This document shows, piece after piece, positions 9,884 through 20,049 of a stretch of DNA of 64,000 bases. The notes under the pieces were generated by a model. The model was not told the origin of the DNA and made no database searches. It worked only from the letters and a program-made list of their open reading frames with translations. The translations under genes and the position numbers were made by a program. The stretch's first letter is position 1. Each line of letters begins with the position of its first letter. Source of the DNA: Hyphomicrobiales bacterium (GTDB taxonomy: Bacteria > Pseudomonadota > Alphaproteobacteria > Rhizobiales > Beijerinckiaceae); contig JAPLOW010000063.1 in assembly GCA_026400555.1 (NCBI GenBank), forward strand, positions 4,622 to 68,621. Reading direction: 5' to 3'.

Positions 9884-10312
9884 TCAATGCGCGTGATCGG
9901 ACGCGCCGTGCCCATGCGCCTTGGCGGCGCAGGCCGCACAATGGCCACGCAATTCGACCATCATGCGCGTCGCGTGGAAACCCGACCGGCTTGACATCGC
10001 CGCCAGCTGCTCCTGCAACGGCCTGTCGGTCAATTCGGTGACCAGCCCGCATTGGTCACAGATGGCGAAGGTCGCCATGTCGTGATGATGCGGGGTTGAA
10101 CAGGCGACAAAGGCATTGAGCGATTCGATCCGGTGCACGAGCCCCTCGCGGACCAGCTTCTCCAGCGCACGGTACACGGTCGGCGGCGCGTTGACGCCCT
10201 CCCCGCGCAGCTTCCCCAGCAGATCATAGGCCGACAGGGGCCGGCCGGCAGCGCTGAGCAGATCCAGCACGCGGGTCTGGGTTTGTGACAGGGGCTGGCG
10301 GCGCACGGTCAT
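9884..10312 (-). CDS. zur: Fur family regulator, Zur-like
   Basis: SAYDLL, PPTVYRALEKL, VHRIESLNAFVAC, two CxxC motifs; adjacent Zur box. Confidence 0.88.
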   Translation of the reverse strand: MTVRRQPLSQTQTRVLDLLSAAGRPLSAYDLLGKLRGEGVNAPPTVYRALEKLVREGLVHRIESLNAFVACSTPHHHDMATFAICDQCGLVTELTDRPLQEQLAAMSSRSGFHATRMMVELRGHCAACAAKAHGHGASDHAH

Positions 10313-10329
10313 GGTCGGCCTTGCAGAGA

Positions 10330-10363
10330 TTGACAGATCGATCGGATGTTATATCATAACATC
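10330..10363 (+). promoter_or_regulatory. Zur box overlapping the -10 element of the SBP promoter
   Basis: Perfect inverted repeat GATGTTAT-ATC-ATAACATC (10345-10363) matching the proteobacterial Zur consensus; TTGACA(10330-35)-N16-TATCAT. Confidence 0.85.
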
Positions 10364-10479
10364 TATCTGCTCCGGGTGCAGCCGAGGCCTAGCGTGCAGG
10401 CGTGTGACAGGCAAGGCCGGAGTCGATCCGGTTTGTACGCAAAAGGCGAAGCACATCGCCCCCAGGAGGAATAGCCCAC

Positions 10480-11412
10480 ATGACCAGCAGGCGTGACCTT
10501 CTTGCCGGCGCGGCGGCGCTCTCCGCAACTCTCGCATTCAGCTCCGGTGCGCGGTCACAGGCAAGCTCGCCGCCCCTTCCCGTGGTGGCGACCTTCGCGA
10601 TTCTGGCCGATTTCGTCGCGCGTGTCGGCGCAGACCGGGTCGTGCTGACATCGCTCGTCGCGCCTGGCGCTGATGCGCATGTCTATTCGCCGACGCCGGC
10701 CGACAGCCGTGCGCTCGCAGCCGCGCGCCTCGTGTTCGTCAACGGCCTCGGCTTCGAGGGCTGGGTCAACCGGTTGATCGCCTCGTCGGGCACGAAAGCC
10801 ACGATCGTGACAGCGACCGCAGGCGTCAGGCCGCTCAAGGCCGAAGAGGGCGGGCAGGGTCACAGCCACGGCAGCGGCGGCCATGGCGAGGTTGACCCAC
10901 ACGCATGGCAATCGGTTGCGAATGCGAAGATCTATGTCGCCAACATTGCCGCTGCACTGATCAGCGCCGACCCTGCCGGCAAGGACGGCTTCGAGGCGCG
11001 CGCAAAGGCCTATGGGACAGAACTCGACGCGCTTGATGCCGAGATTCGCGCGGGCATCGCACGCATTCCGGCCGCCCGCCGCAGGATCATCACCAGCCAT
11101 GACGCCTTCCAGTATTTTGAGAAGGCCTATGGCATCGACTTCGCCTCGCCTCGCGGACTGTCGACCAGCGCCGAGCCCTCGCCGCAGGCCGTCGGCCGGA
11201 TCATTCGCCAAATCAAGGCCGAGAAAATTCCGGCCGTCTTCATCGAGAACCTGTCAGACGAGCGGCTGATGAAGCGCATCGCCGACGAAACCGGGGCCAG
11301 GATCGGCGGCACGCTGTATGCCGACACGCTGACGCCCGCCGGCGGACCGGCCTCGACCTATATCGAGATGATGCGGCACAACCTGCGGCAGCTCACCGCC
11401 GCGCTGGCGTAG
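10480..11412 (+). CDS. Zn/Mn ABC transporter substrate-binding protein (AztC/ZnuA-like) with Tat signal
   Basis: SRRDLL; DAHVYSPTP, NGLGFEGW, short His loop, DPHAWQS, TSHDAFQY, LYADTL. Confidence 0.93.
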   Translation: MTSRRDLLAGAAALSATLAFSSGARSQASSPPLPVVATFAILADFVARVGADRVVLTSLVAPGADAHVYSPTPADSRALAAARLVFVNGLGFEGWVNRLIASSGTKATIVTATAGVRPLKAEEGGQGHSHGSGGHGEVDPHAWQSVANAKIYVANIAAALISADPAGKDGFEARAKAYGTELDALDAEIRAGIARIPAARRRIITSHDAFQYFEKAYGIDFASPRGLSTSAEPSPQAVGRIIRQIKAEKIPAVFIENLSDERLMKRIADETGARIGGTLYADTLTPAGGPASTYIEMMRHNLRQLTAALA

Positions 11413-11418
11413 CGTCGA

Positions 11419-12615
11419 TCAGCCGGGAGGACGGGCAGGGGCGAGGGCATAGATCGCGGCGCTGACCAGCAGCAGTCCGGCAAACAGCCAGTGCAACCAG
11501 GCAAACACGCTGGCCGGCGGCAGCCCCGCCGCCCGCTCGGCCGCGATGAACCAACCCGACCCAATCTGGACCGCCGACGTACCGGCAATGAACAGGAAGT
11601 TCATGGTCGTCATGCCGCGTCCGATCAGGTTCTCGGGGAAAAACTGGCGAGCATGCGCCATCAGGATGGCATAGTTGAACAGGGCGATGCCGATGGCTGC
11701 GAACAGGACAATCGCCCACAGGCCGCCGAGATGTCCCGTCAAGGCGAGGACGGCGAACAACGCAGCGGCAATGAGCGTACTGGCAAGAACCGTGCGCTTG
11801 GGGCCTCCCAACCGCTTCTCGATCCACCCGAAGGCAAACGCGCCGGCCGTCATCGCGATGGCCATCGCCAGCGCGCCGTTGCCCTGCATGGCCCTGTCGA
11901 GTTGGCTGACCTGTTCAAGGAAAGGGGCGACCCACAGGCCTCGTGTCGTCGCCAGAATCGCATAGGCGAAGAAAGTGATTGGCGCGAGAAACCACAGCGC
12001 CCTGATCCGGACGATGGCCCTGATTCCGGCAATCACGCCATCATCATGCGCTTTCCGCCACGCGGCGGGTTCTGGCGGGTCGCGCACGAGCGCAGCCGCC
12101 ACAGCCGCAGCAAGCCCAAACAGAACGGCCACGGCCATCATGGTCGGCCGCCAGCCGAAAGCGTCGCTGGCGCGGCTCAGCGGAGCCGCCCCGAACAGAT
12201 TGCCGAGCGATCCCAGCCCGATGAACAGTGACGCCAGCCCTGCGAAAGTCGAGGGCGGACCGGATCGGGCGAACAGGTAAAGCGCTGCCATGAAGACTGG
12301 CGAACAGCCGACACCCAGCAAGGCCATCGCAATGGTCGCGACTGTGGCGCTTGGCGCCACTGCGAACAGCAGTGCCCCGGCCACACCGACCGCCATGCAG
12401 GCTGCAACCGTCAGGCGCGGACCAAGCCGGTCGAGCGCCCATCCCACGGGAAACTGCATGACGGCAAAGCTGATGAACCAGGCCGAGCTCATCGCGCCAA
12501 GCTCCGCCGGGCCGATGGCAAGGTCGGCCATCAGCGGCGTCGCGATCACGCTCAGGAATGAGCGATAGAAAATCGACAGGATGTAGCCGAGGATGAGGGC
12601 GAGAAAGATGCGCAA
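11419..12615 (-). CDS. MFS transporter
   Basis: Multi-TM hydrophobic pattern; MFS motif A GWALDRLGPR. Confidence 0.88.
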   Translation of the reverse strand: MRIFLALILGYILSIFYRSFLSVIATPLMADLAIGPAELGAMSSAWFISFAVMQFPVGWALDRLGPRLTVAACMAVGVAGALLFAVAPSATVATIAMALLGVGCSPVFMAALYLFARSGPPSTFAGLASLFIGLGSLGNLFGAAPLSRASDAFGWRPTMMAVAVLFGLAAAVAAALVRDPPEPAAWRKAHDDGVIAGIRAIVRIRALWFLAPITFFAYAILATTRGLWVAPFLEQVSQLDRAMQGNGALAMAIAMTAGAFAFGWIEKRLGGPKRTVLASTLIAAALFAVLALTGHLGGLWAIVLFAAIGIALFNYAILMAHARQFFPENLIGRGMTTMNFLFIAGTSAVQIGSGWFIAAERAAGLPPASVFAWLHWLFAGLLLVSAAIYALAPARPPG

Positions 12616-12623
12616 GGCGAGGT

Positions 12624-13793
12624 CTACTTCACTCGCTCAAGCACGCTGACATAGTTCGCCACCGCGGCGCCTCCCATGTTGAAGATGCCGCCTAACCTGG
12701 CACCGGCGATCTGCATGTCGCCCGCTTCGCCCATCAGTTGCATCGCCGTCAGCGCATGCATCGACACGCCGGTCGCACCGATCGGATGGCCCTTGGCCTT
12801 CAGCCCGCCTGAGGGGTTGACGGGCAGCCTGCCGTCCTTGGCGGTCCAGCCTTCACGGATCGCCCGGGCGCCGTCGCCCTCCTTGGTGAGGCCCATCGCC
12901 TCGTACTCGATCAGTTCGGCAATGGTGAAGCAGTCATGCGTTTCGGCGAAGGAGAGGTCCCCCAGCGAAATCCCGGCCTCGGCCAGCGCCTTGCGCCAGG
13001 CCAGCGCGCAGCCCTCGAACTTGAGGATGTCGCGCTTCGACATGGGCAGGAAATCCTGGACATGCGCCATGCCTCTGAAGCCGACCGCCCGGTGCATCGT
13101 CATGGCCATCTCCATGCCGGTGATCACGAGCGCCGCCGCGCCATCCGACACGAGGCTGCAATCCGTGCGCTTCAGCGGCCCGGCCACGAACGGGTTCTTC
13201 TCGCTCTCCGCCCGGCAGAAGTCGAAACCAAGATCCTTGCGCATCTGCGCATAGGGATTGGCGACGCCGTTCCGGTGGTTCTTGGCCGCGATGGCGGCCA
13301 GCGCGTCAGACTGGTCGCCATGACGCTGGAAGTATCCTGCCGCGATCTTGCCGAACACGCCGGCGAACCCGGCCGGGGTCTCGCCATCCTCCGGCAGATA
13401 GGATGCGCGCAGCAGATTCTGGCCGATCTGGGCTGCAGGCGTCGTGGTCATCTGCTCGACGCCGACCACCAGAACGGTCTTCGCGGCCCCGGCGCGGATG
13501 GCGCGCACTGCCTGATGCACGGCGGCGGAGCCGGTGGCGCAGGCATTCTCGACGCGGGTCGCCGGCTTGAAGCGAAGCCTGGGGTCAGCCTGCAGCACGA
13601 GGCTCGCGGTGAAATCCTGCGCCGAAAAGCCGGCATTGAAATGGCCAAGCACGATCTCGTCGATGTCGTCCGCGGCAAGCCCGGCATGCGCCATGGCCTC
13701 GTTGGCGACCCGGACGATCAGGCTTTCGACCGTCTCGGTGTCCTGCTTGCCGAAGGGTGTGTGGGCCCAGCCCACAATGGCGGCCTTGGTCAT
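12624..13793 (-). CDS. Acetyl-CoA acetyltransferase (SCP2/thiolase-like family)
   Basis: VENACATG, DCSLVSDGAAA, ETHDCFT, NPSGGLKAKGHPIGATG. Confidence 0.92.
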   Translation of the reverse strand: MTKAAIVGWAHTPFGKQDTETVESLIVRVANEAMAHAGLAADDIDEIVLGHFNAGFSAQDFTASLVLQADPRLRFKPATRVENACATGSAAVHQAVRAIRAGAAKTVLVVGVEQMTTTPAAQIGQNLLRASYLPEDGETPAGFAGVFGKIAAGYFQRHGDQSDALAAIAAKNHRNGVANPYAQMRKDLGFDFCRAESEKNPFVAGPLKRTDCSLVSDGAAALVITGMEMAMTMHRAVGFRGMAHVQDFLPMSKRDILKFEGCALAWRKALAEAGISLGDLSFAETHDCFTIAELIEYEAMGLTKEGDGARAIREGWTAKDGRLPVNPSGGLKAKGHPIGATGVSMHALTAMQLMGEAGDMQIAGARLGGIFNMGGAAVANYVSVLERVK

Positions 13794-13909
13794 CGTCGTG
13801 CGCTCCGCAATCAAACTGGACTATCAATGGCTTCATTGCGCCCATCCGGCAAGCCGGCAGGCCGAAAGGCCGGCGTGCATGAACGCGCCGGCGCCCCGGG
13901 GCAGGCGGA

Positions 13910-14822
13910 TCAGACCGCGAGGTACAGGATGCAGGCGACGCCGGCCATGATCAGCAGCATGCCGAGCGATTCGCGTCCGCTGACCGCTTCGGCGAAGAGT
14001 TTGCGCGACATGATCTGGGCCAGGAACACCTCCACCAGCGCCAGGGTCCGGACATTGGCGACAGCTGTCAGCGCAAAGCCGATGAACCAGAACTGCGAGG
14101 CCAGCGCGCCGAGAAAGCCCGCCGTCAACGAAGAGCGCCAGACGGTGAAGCTCGAGACAAGGGCCTTGCGGTCCAGGAGCCCGAGATAGACGATCAGGAT
14201 CAGCGCCTGCAGGCCGAGTCCCCAGACGAGGATTGTAGAGGCCCTGAGAAAGAAGCTGCCACTGTCGAGGGCGAGAATCGCTCCGCGGAAGCAGACCGCC
14301 GCGAGCGCGAAGAAGGCGCCGGCGAGAACCCCAAGCAGCAGTGGTCGCAAACCGCCTCCCAGCAGGCTCTGGCCCGGCTTGAACGAGATCAGCAGAACCC
14401 CGAGGGTTGCGACCAGCACGGCGCCGAACTTCAGCGGGCTGAGCGGATCGCCCAGCACGAGTGCTGCGAACACTGCCGCCTGGACCGGTTCGGTCTTGGT
14501 GTAGGCGGTCGTCACGGCGAAGGAGCGCTCCTTCATCGTGGCCAGCATCAGGCCGGTGGCGAGGATCTGCGCGACCGCACCGCCGAGGCACCAGGCCAGT
14601 GCGCTGCCGTTCATGGCCGGCGGCGCCGATCCGCTGATCAGACAGGCGAGCCCCAGAAACAGCAACGCGAACGGAAAGCCGAACACGAACCGGACCTGCG
14701 TCGCGCCGACGACGCCAATGGCGTCGGTGAGCGTGCGCTGCATGACATTGCGGACCGTCTGGGCCGATGCGGCGATCAGGGTGGCGGGAATCCAGAGCAG
14801 GGACATCCAGAAGGGGGTCATG
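13910..14822 (-). CDS. DMT/EamA family transporter (start uncertain, ORF open to 14896)
   Basis: About 10 hydrophobic helices; RFVFGFPFA, YTKTEPVQAA, VRTLALVE. Confidence 0.8.
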
Positions 14823-15012
14823 GCACTCACAGGCATGCGACGGGCATCAGCGGATGCCATCAAAAAGTCGGGTTCTCGCAGTTCACACAAGCGCATGGCT
14901 GGGTGCTAGGCAAATCACCGCATGACGGGTTAGGTATGCAGTCAACGCGGCGTCTCGTGTCCCTTGCGCTTTTTGACTGCTCTCCTGTCGATTGGTCCGT
15001 GAACAGCACTCC

Positions 15013-16650
15013 ATGAACGTGTTTCGGCTTTTCCTGCCAGCCCTCGCCCTGTGTGCCGTGGCATCCGGTCCTGCAATGGCCCAGAGCGCCGGGCCTGCGC
15101 TGGTCGTCGACGCCTCGACCGGGGCGGTCCTGCATCAGGAGAACGCCTCGCAGCCCTGGCATCCGGCCTCGACGACCAAGATCATGACGGCCTATGTCGC
15201 GCTCCGGGCGGTCCGCGCCGGGCGCATCGGCCTCGAGACCGCGATTCCCGCATCGGCGCTGGCAGCCAAGCAGCCGCGGGTGAAGGTGTACATCAGGTCC
15301 GGGCAGGAGATCACCCTCGACAATGCCCTGAAGATCATGATGGTGAAGTCGGCCAACGACATCGCCTATGTCATCGCTGAAGGGGTCGGCGGTTCGGTCC
15401 CGGCCTTCGTCGAGATGATGAATGCCGAAGCGCGCCGGCTGGGCCTGAGCGACACCGTGTTCCGCAATCCCAATGGCTGGCACGATCCTGAACAGCAGAC
15501 CAGCGCTCGCGATCTGGCCATCCTGACTATGACCATCCTGCGGGAGTTTCCCGACTATGCGGCGTATTGGGGCATCGGCGCAGTCCAGTTAGGCCGTGTC
15601 ACGCTCAACAACACCAACGGGCTGATCGGCCGCTATTCCGGCGCCAGCGGCTTCAAGACCGGCTTCGTCTGCGCCTCGGGCTTCAATGTCGTCGCAACGG
15701 CGACGCGCGGCGGACGCACCCTCATCGCTGTGGTCTTGGGCGCCTATTCGGGCGCGGAGCGTACGGTGAAAGCGGCCCAGATCCTCGACGCAGGTTTCGC
15801 ATCCTGGGGCGGGAGCGGCTACGTCGTCACCCAGTTGCCGCCGAGCGGCGGTCGCGCCCAGAATATCTGCGTCGATGTGCGGGCCTACGGCCGCGGCGCG
15901 CCCCTCGCCGACGATGTCGACAGCACGGGGCCGATCTCGTTCATGCCATCGGGCAACAGCGACAGTGACGTCGTGCGGGCCGGGCTGATGCCACAGCAGC
16001 CATCGTCGGCTCTGGGACGGTCGGCCACCGGCCGAATCACGCTGGGGCCGCGCGCCCAGTTCGCCCCGCTGCAGGTCGCCTATGGCCGCAGCGCCGGCAG
16101 CGCGCTCGCCCCCCTGGCCGCCAATGCCGGAGGGAGGGCAGGCCCGGCCCTTGCGTCCGTCGGCCCGGCAAACGCCATTGCGCAGGGTGATGTCGAGGGC
16201 GCCGCGCCATCCACGCCGCGTGCCAGCCCCGGCGCCATCGCGCCTAGGGTGGCAGCGGGCGCGGTCGCGGCCGGCGCCGCCACGGCCTTCGCACCCGCGC
16301 GCGCAGCCGAGCCGCGCAGCGAAGGTCCGATCAGGCTGCACGGGGCGATTGGCCAGGGCGCAGCCGCGCCCTTGCGCCCATCCGCCGCCGCCGGCATCAA
16401 GCCCAAGCCGGCCCCGCAGGCCGCCTCCCTCGCGCCAACCGCTCCCGCCGGCAAGCCGCCGGCCATCCGCGCCCCGCAAACCAGGCCCGTTCCCGGCAAG
16501 CCGGCGGCCGCTCCGGCAAAGCCCGCAGCGCAGCGGGCTCAGGCCTCGCCGCCGAAGCCAAAACCGGTCACCGCGCCGGCGACCACGCGCCCCGCCGCCA
16601 TGCTGCCACCACGCAGACCTTCGGCCAACCCCACCGCCAGCACTGAATGA
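15013..16650 (+). CDS. D-alanyl-D-alanine carboxypeptidase (peptidase S11) with long Pro/Ala-rich C-terminal tail
   Basis: Signal peptide; SxxK (ASTTK), SxN (SAND) and KTG motifs. Confidence 0.9.
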   Translation: MNVFRLFLPALALCAVASGPAMAQSAGPALVVDASTGAVLHQENASQPWHPASTTKIMTAYVALRAVRAGRIGLETAIPASALAAKQPRVKVYIRSGQEITLDNALKIMMVKSANDIAYVIAEGVGGSVPAFVEMMNAEARRLGLSDTVFRNPNGWHDPEQQTSARDLAILTMTILREFPDYAAYWGIGAVQLGRVTLNNTNGLIGRYSGASGFKTGFVCASGFNVVATATRGGRTLIAVVLGAYSGAERTVKAAQILDAGFASWGGSGYVVTQLPPSGGRAQNICVDVRAYGRGAPLADDVDSTGPISFMPSGNSDSDVVRAGLMPQQPSSALGRSATGRITLGPRAQFAPLQVAYGRSAGSALAPLAANAGGRAGPALASVGPANAIAQGDVEGAAPSTPRASPGAIAPRVAAGAVAAGAATAFAPARAAEPRSEGPIRLHGAIGQGAAAPLRPSAAAGIKPKPAPQAASLAPTAPAGKPPAIRAPQTRPVPGKPAAAPAKPAAQRAQASPPKPKPVTAPATTRPAAMLPPRRPSANPTASTE

Positions 16651-17555
16651 CGACAGGGCTCGCCGTGGATCCACCACCGGCCAGCCACGCGCGGCTCGGG
16701 ATGGCGCTCGCCGTGGCCAGTGCGGCAGGCTACGGCCTCAACATCGTCACCGCGCAAATCGCCTCGACCGTCGGAATCACGGGTGCGCTGATGGTGTTCT
16801 ACCGCGTCTTCCTGATGCTGGCCTGTCTGGCGGTGGCCTTCGCCCTGTTTCGCCCATCGTTGTCCGTGGCGCGCGGAGAGCGCTGGCCGCTGCTGGTCTT
16901 CGGCCTGTCGAGTTCCGTGATCGGCACCGCCTACATGTCGACGGTGGCCTTCCTGCCGGTCAGCGTCGCGGTCGTCATCTTCTACCTGTTCCCGATCCTG
17001 ATCGTGGTGTTTGAGCCGCTGATCGAGCGGACACCGCTTCAGCCCGTGCGCATGGCCGTTGCCTTGCTGGCCTTCCTCGGTGTGGCGCTGGTTGTCGGGC
17101 CGCGCTTTGACAGCCTGGATCCACGTGGGCTCGCGCTCGCGCTGCTGGCCGCAGCCGGGGCAGCGCTGCAATTCTTTGCCGCGGCCCGGATGCCGCGCAC
17201 GCCCGTGGCCGCGAAGCTGTTCTGGGGCCACCTTCTGGTGCTGCCCGGCGTGACCGCCACGCTTCTGTGGATGGATGGCTTTTACAGCCCCGCCATTTTC
17301 GCCGCCGCTCCGGTCGCCGTGGCGATCACGCTCGGCGCTTATGTCGTATCCATGGCGCTGCAACTGCTCGCGCTGGCCCGCATTCCGGCAGCCGTCGCCG
17401 GCCTGACCTTCTGTGCGGAGCCGCTGTTCGCCAGCCTGTTCGCGGCCCTCATCCTTGGCGAGCGCCTGGCAGGCCTGCAATATCTCGGAGCGGTGCTTGT
17501 TCTGGTCGCCATCGCCATCAACGCAGCCCGTCCGACCGGAACAGGCCGGGCTTGA
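16647..17555 (+). CDS. DMT/EamA family transporter
   Basis: Two EamA repeats, hydrophobic, EPLFA...LGERL; ATGA overlap with the upstream gene. Confidence 0.85.
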   Translation: MTTGLAVDPPPASHARLGMALAVASAAGYGLNIVTAQIASTVGITGALMVFYRVFLMLACLAVAFALFRPSLSVARGERWPLLVFGLSSSVIGTAYMSTVAFLPVSVAVVIFYLFPILIVVFEPLIERTPLQPVRMAVALLAFLGVALVVGPRFDSLDPRGLALALLAAAGAALQFFAAARMPRTPVAAKLFWGHLLVLPGVTATLLWMDGFYSPAIFAAAPVAVAITLGAYVVSMALQLLALARIPAAVAGLTFCAEPLFASLFAALILGERLAGLQYLGAVLVLVAIAINAARPTGTGRA

Positions 17556-17586
17556 AGCCTCGCCAGCGACGCGCCACCTGTAGCGC

Positions 17587-18633
<1,047 letters not shown>

Positions 18634-18780
18634 CAACGCCACGGCAGCATCTGCGTCACCACCGCGGCTGGCCCGGGACTTGTAGACGAACCAGCAAGGG
18701 TCGGCGAAGGTCCTGGCACCTGTCACGAACTGGCACGGTACAACCCCGGTCCGGCGCATTGAACGGAGTGCTGTTTCACC

Positions 18781-20040
18781 ATGGCGCATCTTGAGCTGGA
18801 ACCGCTGCGGCGCATCGGGCTGGTCACCCCCCCCCACGAACCGGCGGTCCCCGGCGCGCGCAGTGGCAAGCCGTCGGCGCCCAGGTTCTGGCGGCAGATC
18901 GGCGATCTCGTCGTGGACATACGGCCTCTGGCGGAGTGCGCCGAGATCGTGCCGCAGTGGCGGGCCCTTGCGGCGACGGCGCTTCAGCCGAACATCTTCT
19001 ATGAGCCCGATTTCTGCCTGGCGGCAGCGCAGCATCTGCCAGAGGCAGCCGGGCATGCGGCGCTGCTGGTCTGGGATCCGCGCGACGAGGGCGAGAGCAG
19101 GCTGCTCGCCTTCTGGCCGATGAAGGGCGCATGGAGAGCCGGACAGAAGGGCCTGACGCGCGGCTTTTCATCCCGCTATGCATCATGCGGCGCACCACTT
19201 CTGCATCGGCATTTTGCGGTCGAGGCCGCCTGCGCCATCCTGTCGGCGCTTGGCGCTGAAGCCTCCGGCCCTGCTGCCGTGCTGTTCAACGAGATTGCGC
19301 TGGAGGGGCCGGTCGGGCGGGCCCTGCGCGCCGCCGCCACGCTCTCCGGGCTGACCACCAGCGAGCTTGGCGCGCATCAGCGGGCCTGCCGCTGGCTCGG
19401 CGGCGAGGATGCGGTTCATGATCGGCCCGGCCCGAAGCGGCTCAAGGAACTGTCCCGGCAGAGCCGGCGGCTTGCGGATTACGGCGACGTCCGTCTGCTT
19501 AGCGCCGCCCGGCCTGAGGATGTGCGCTCGGCCTTCGAGGTGTTTCTCGGTCTTGAAGCCTCAGGCTGGAAGGCCCGCAGGGGCACCGCGATCCTCAGCT
19601 CGCAGCGCGACCTGGCCTTCTATCGCACGCTCGCCCGAAGTCTCGCGCGCCGAGGCCAGATGCAGGTCCATCTTCTGGAAGTCGGCTCGCGGGTTGCGGC
19701 GGCCGGCGTGGTGCTGACCAGCGGCGACCAGGCCTGGTACACCAAGACCTGCCATGACGAACGCCTCGCCGCCTATTCTCCGGGCGCGCTCGTCAGCCAT
19801 CAGATCGGCGAGGTCGCCGGCGCCATGTCCGGCCTGACGCAGATCGATTCCTGCGCCCTGCCGCATCATCCGATGATCGAGCGCGTCTGGAAGGGCCGCA
19901 TGCGGGTCGGCGATCTGGCCATCAGCCTGAACGGCCATGGCGAAGTCGCCGTAGCGCGCGAACTCGCCGCACGGCGGACCCGCCTGATTGCCAAACGCTT
20001 CTACTACCAGCTTCGCGGCTGGTCGATGCAGGGGCAGTAA
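18781..20040 (+). CDS. GNAT family protein (CelD/BcsL-like)
   Basis: NIFYEPDF, LEASGWK, YTKTCHDE..YSPG, IDSCA. Confidence 0.78.
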   Translation: MAHLELEPLRRIGLVTPPHEPAVPGARSGKPSAPRFWRQIGDLVVDIRPLAECAEIVPQWRALAATALQPNIFYEPDFCLAAAQHLPEAAGHAALLVWDPRDEGESRLLAFWPMKGAWRAGQKGLTRGFSSRYASCGAPLLHRHFAVEAACAILSALGAEASGPAAVLFNEIALEGPVGRALRAAATLSGLTTSELGAHQRACRWLGGEDAVHDRPGPKRLKELSRQSRRLADYGDVRLLSAARPEDVRSAFEVFLGLEASGWKARRGTAILSSQRDLAFYRTLARSLARRGQMQVHLLEVGSRVAAAGVVLTSGDQAWYTKTCHDERLAAYSPGALVSHQIGEVAGAMSGLTQIDSCALPHHPMIERVWKGRMRVGDLAISLNGHGEVAVARELAARRTRLIAKRFYYQLRGWSMQGQ

Positions 20041-20049
20041 CCCAGGCCA

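Noticed and set aside
18634-18780. Sigma54 promoter (TGGCAC occurs twice)
   Set aside because: No TTGC at the -12 position.
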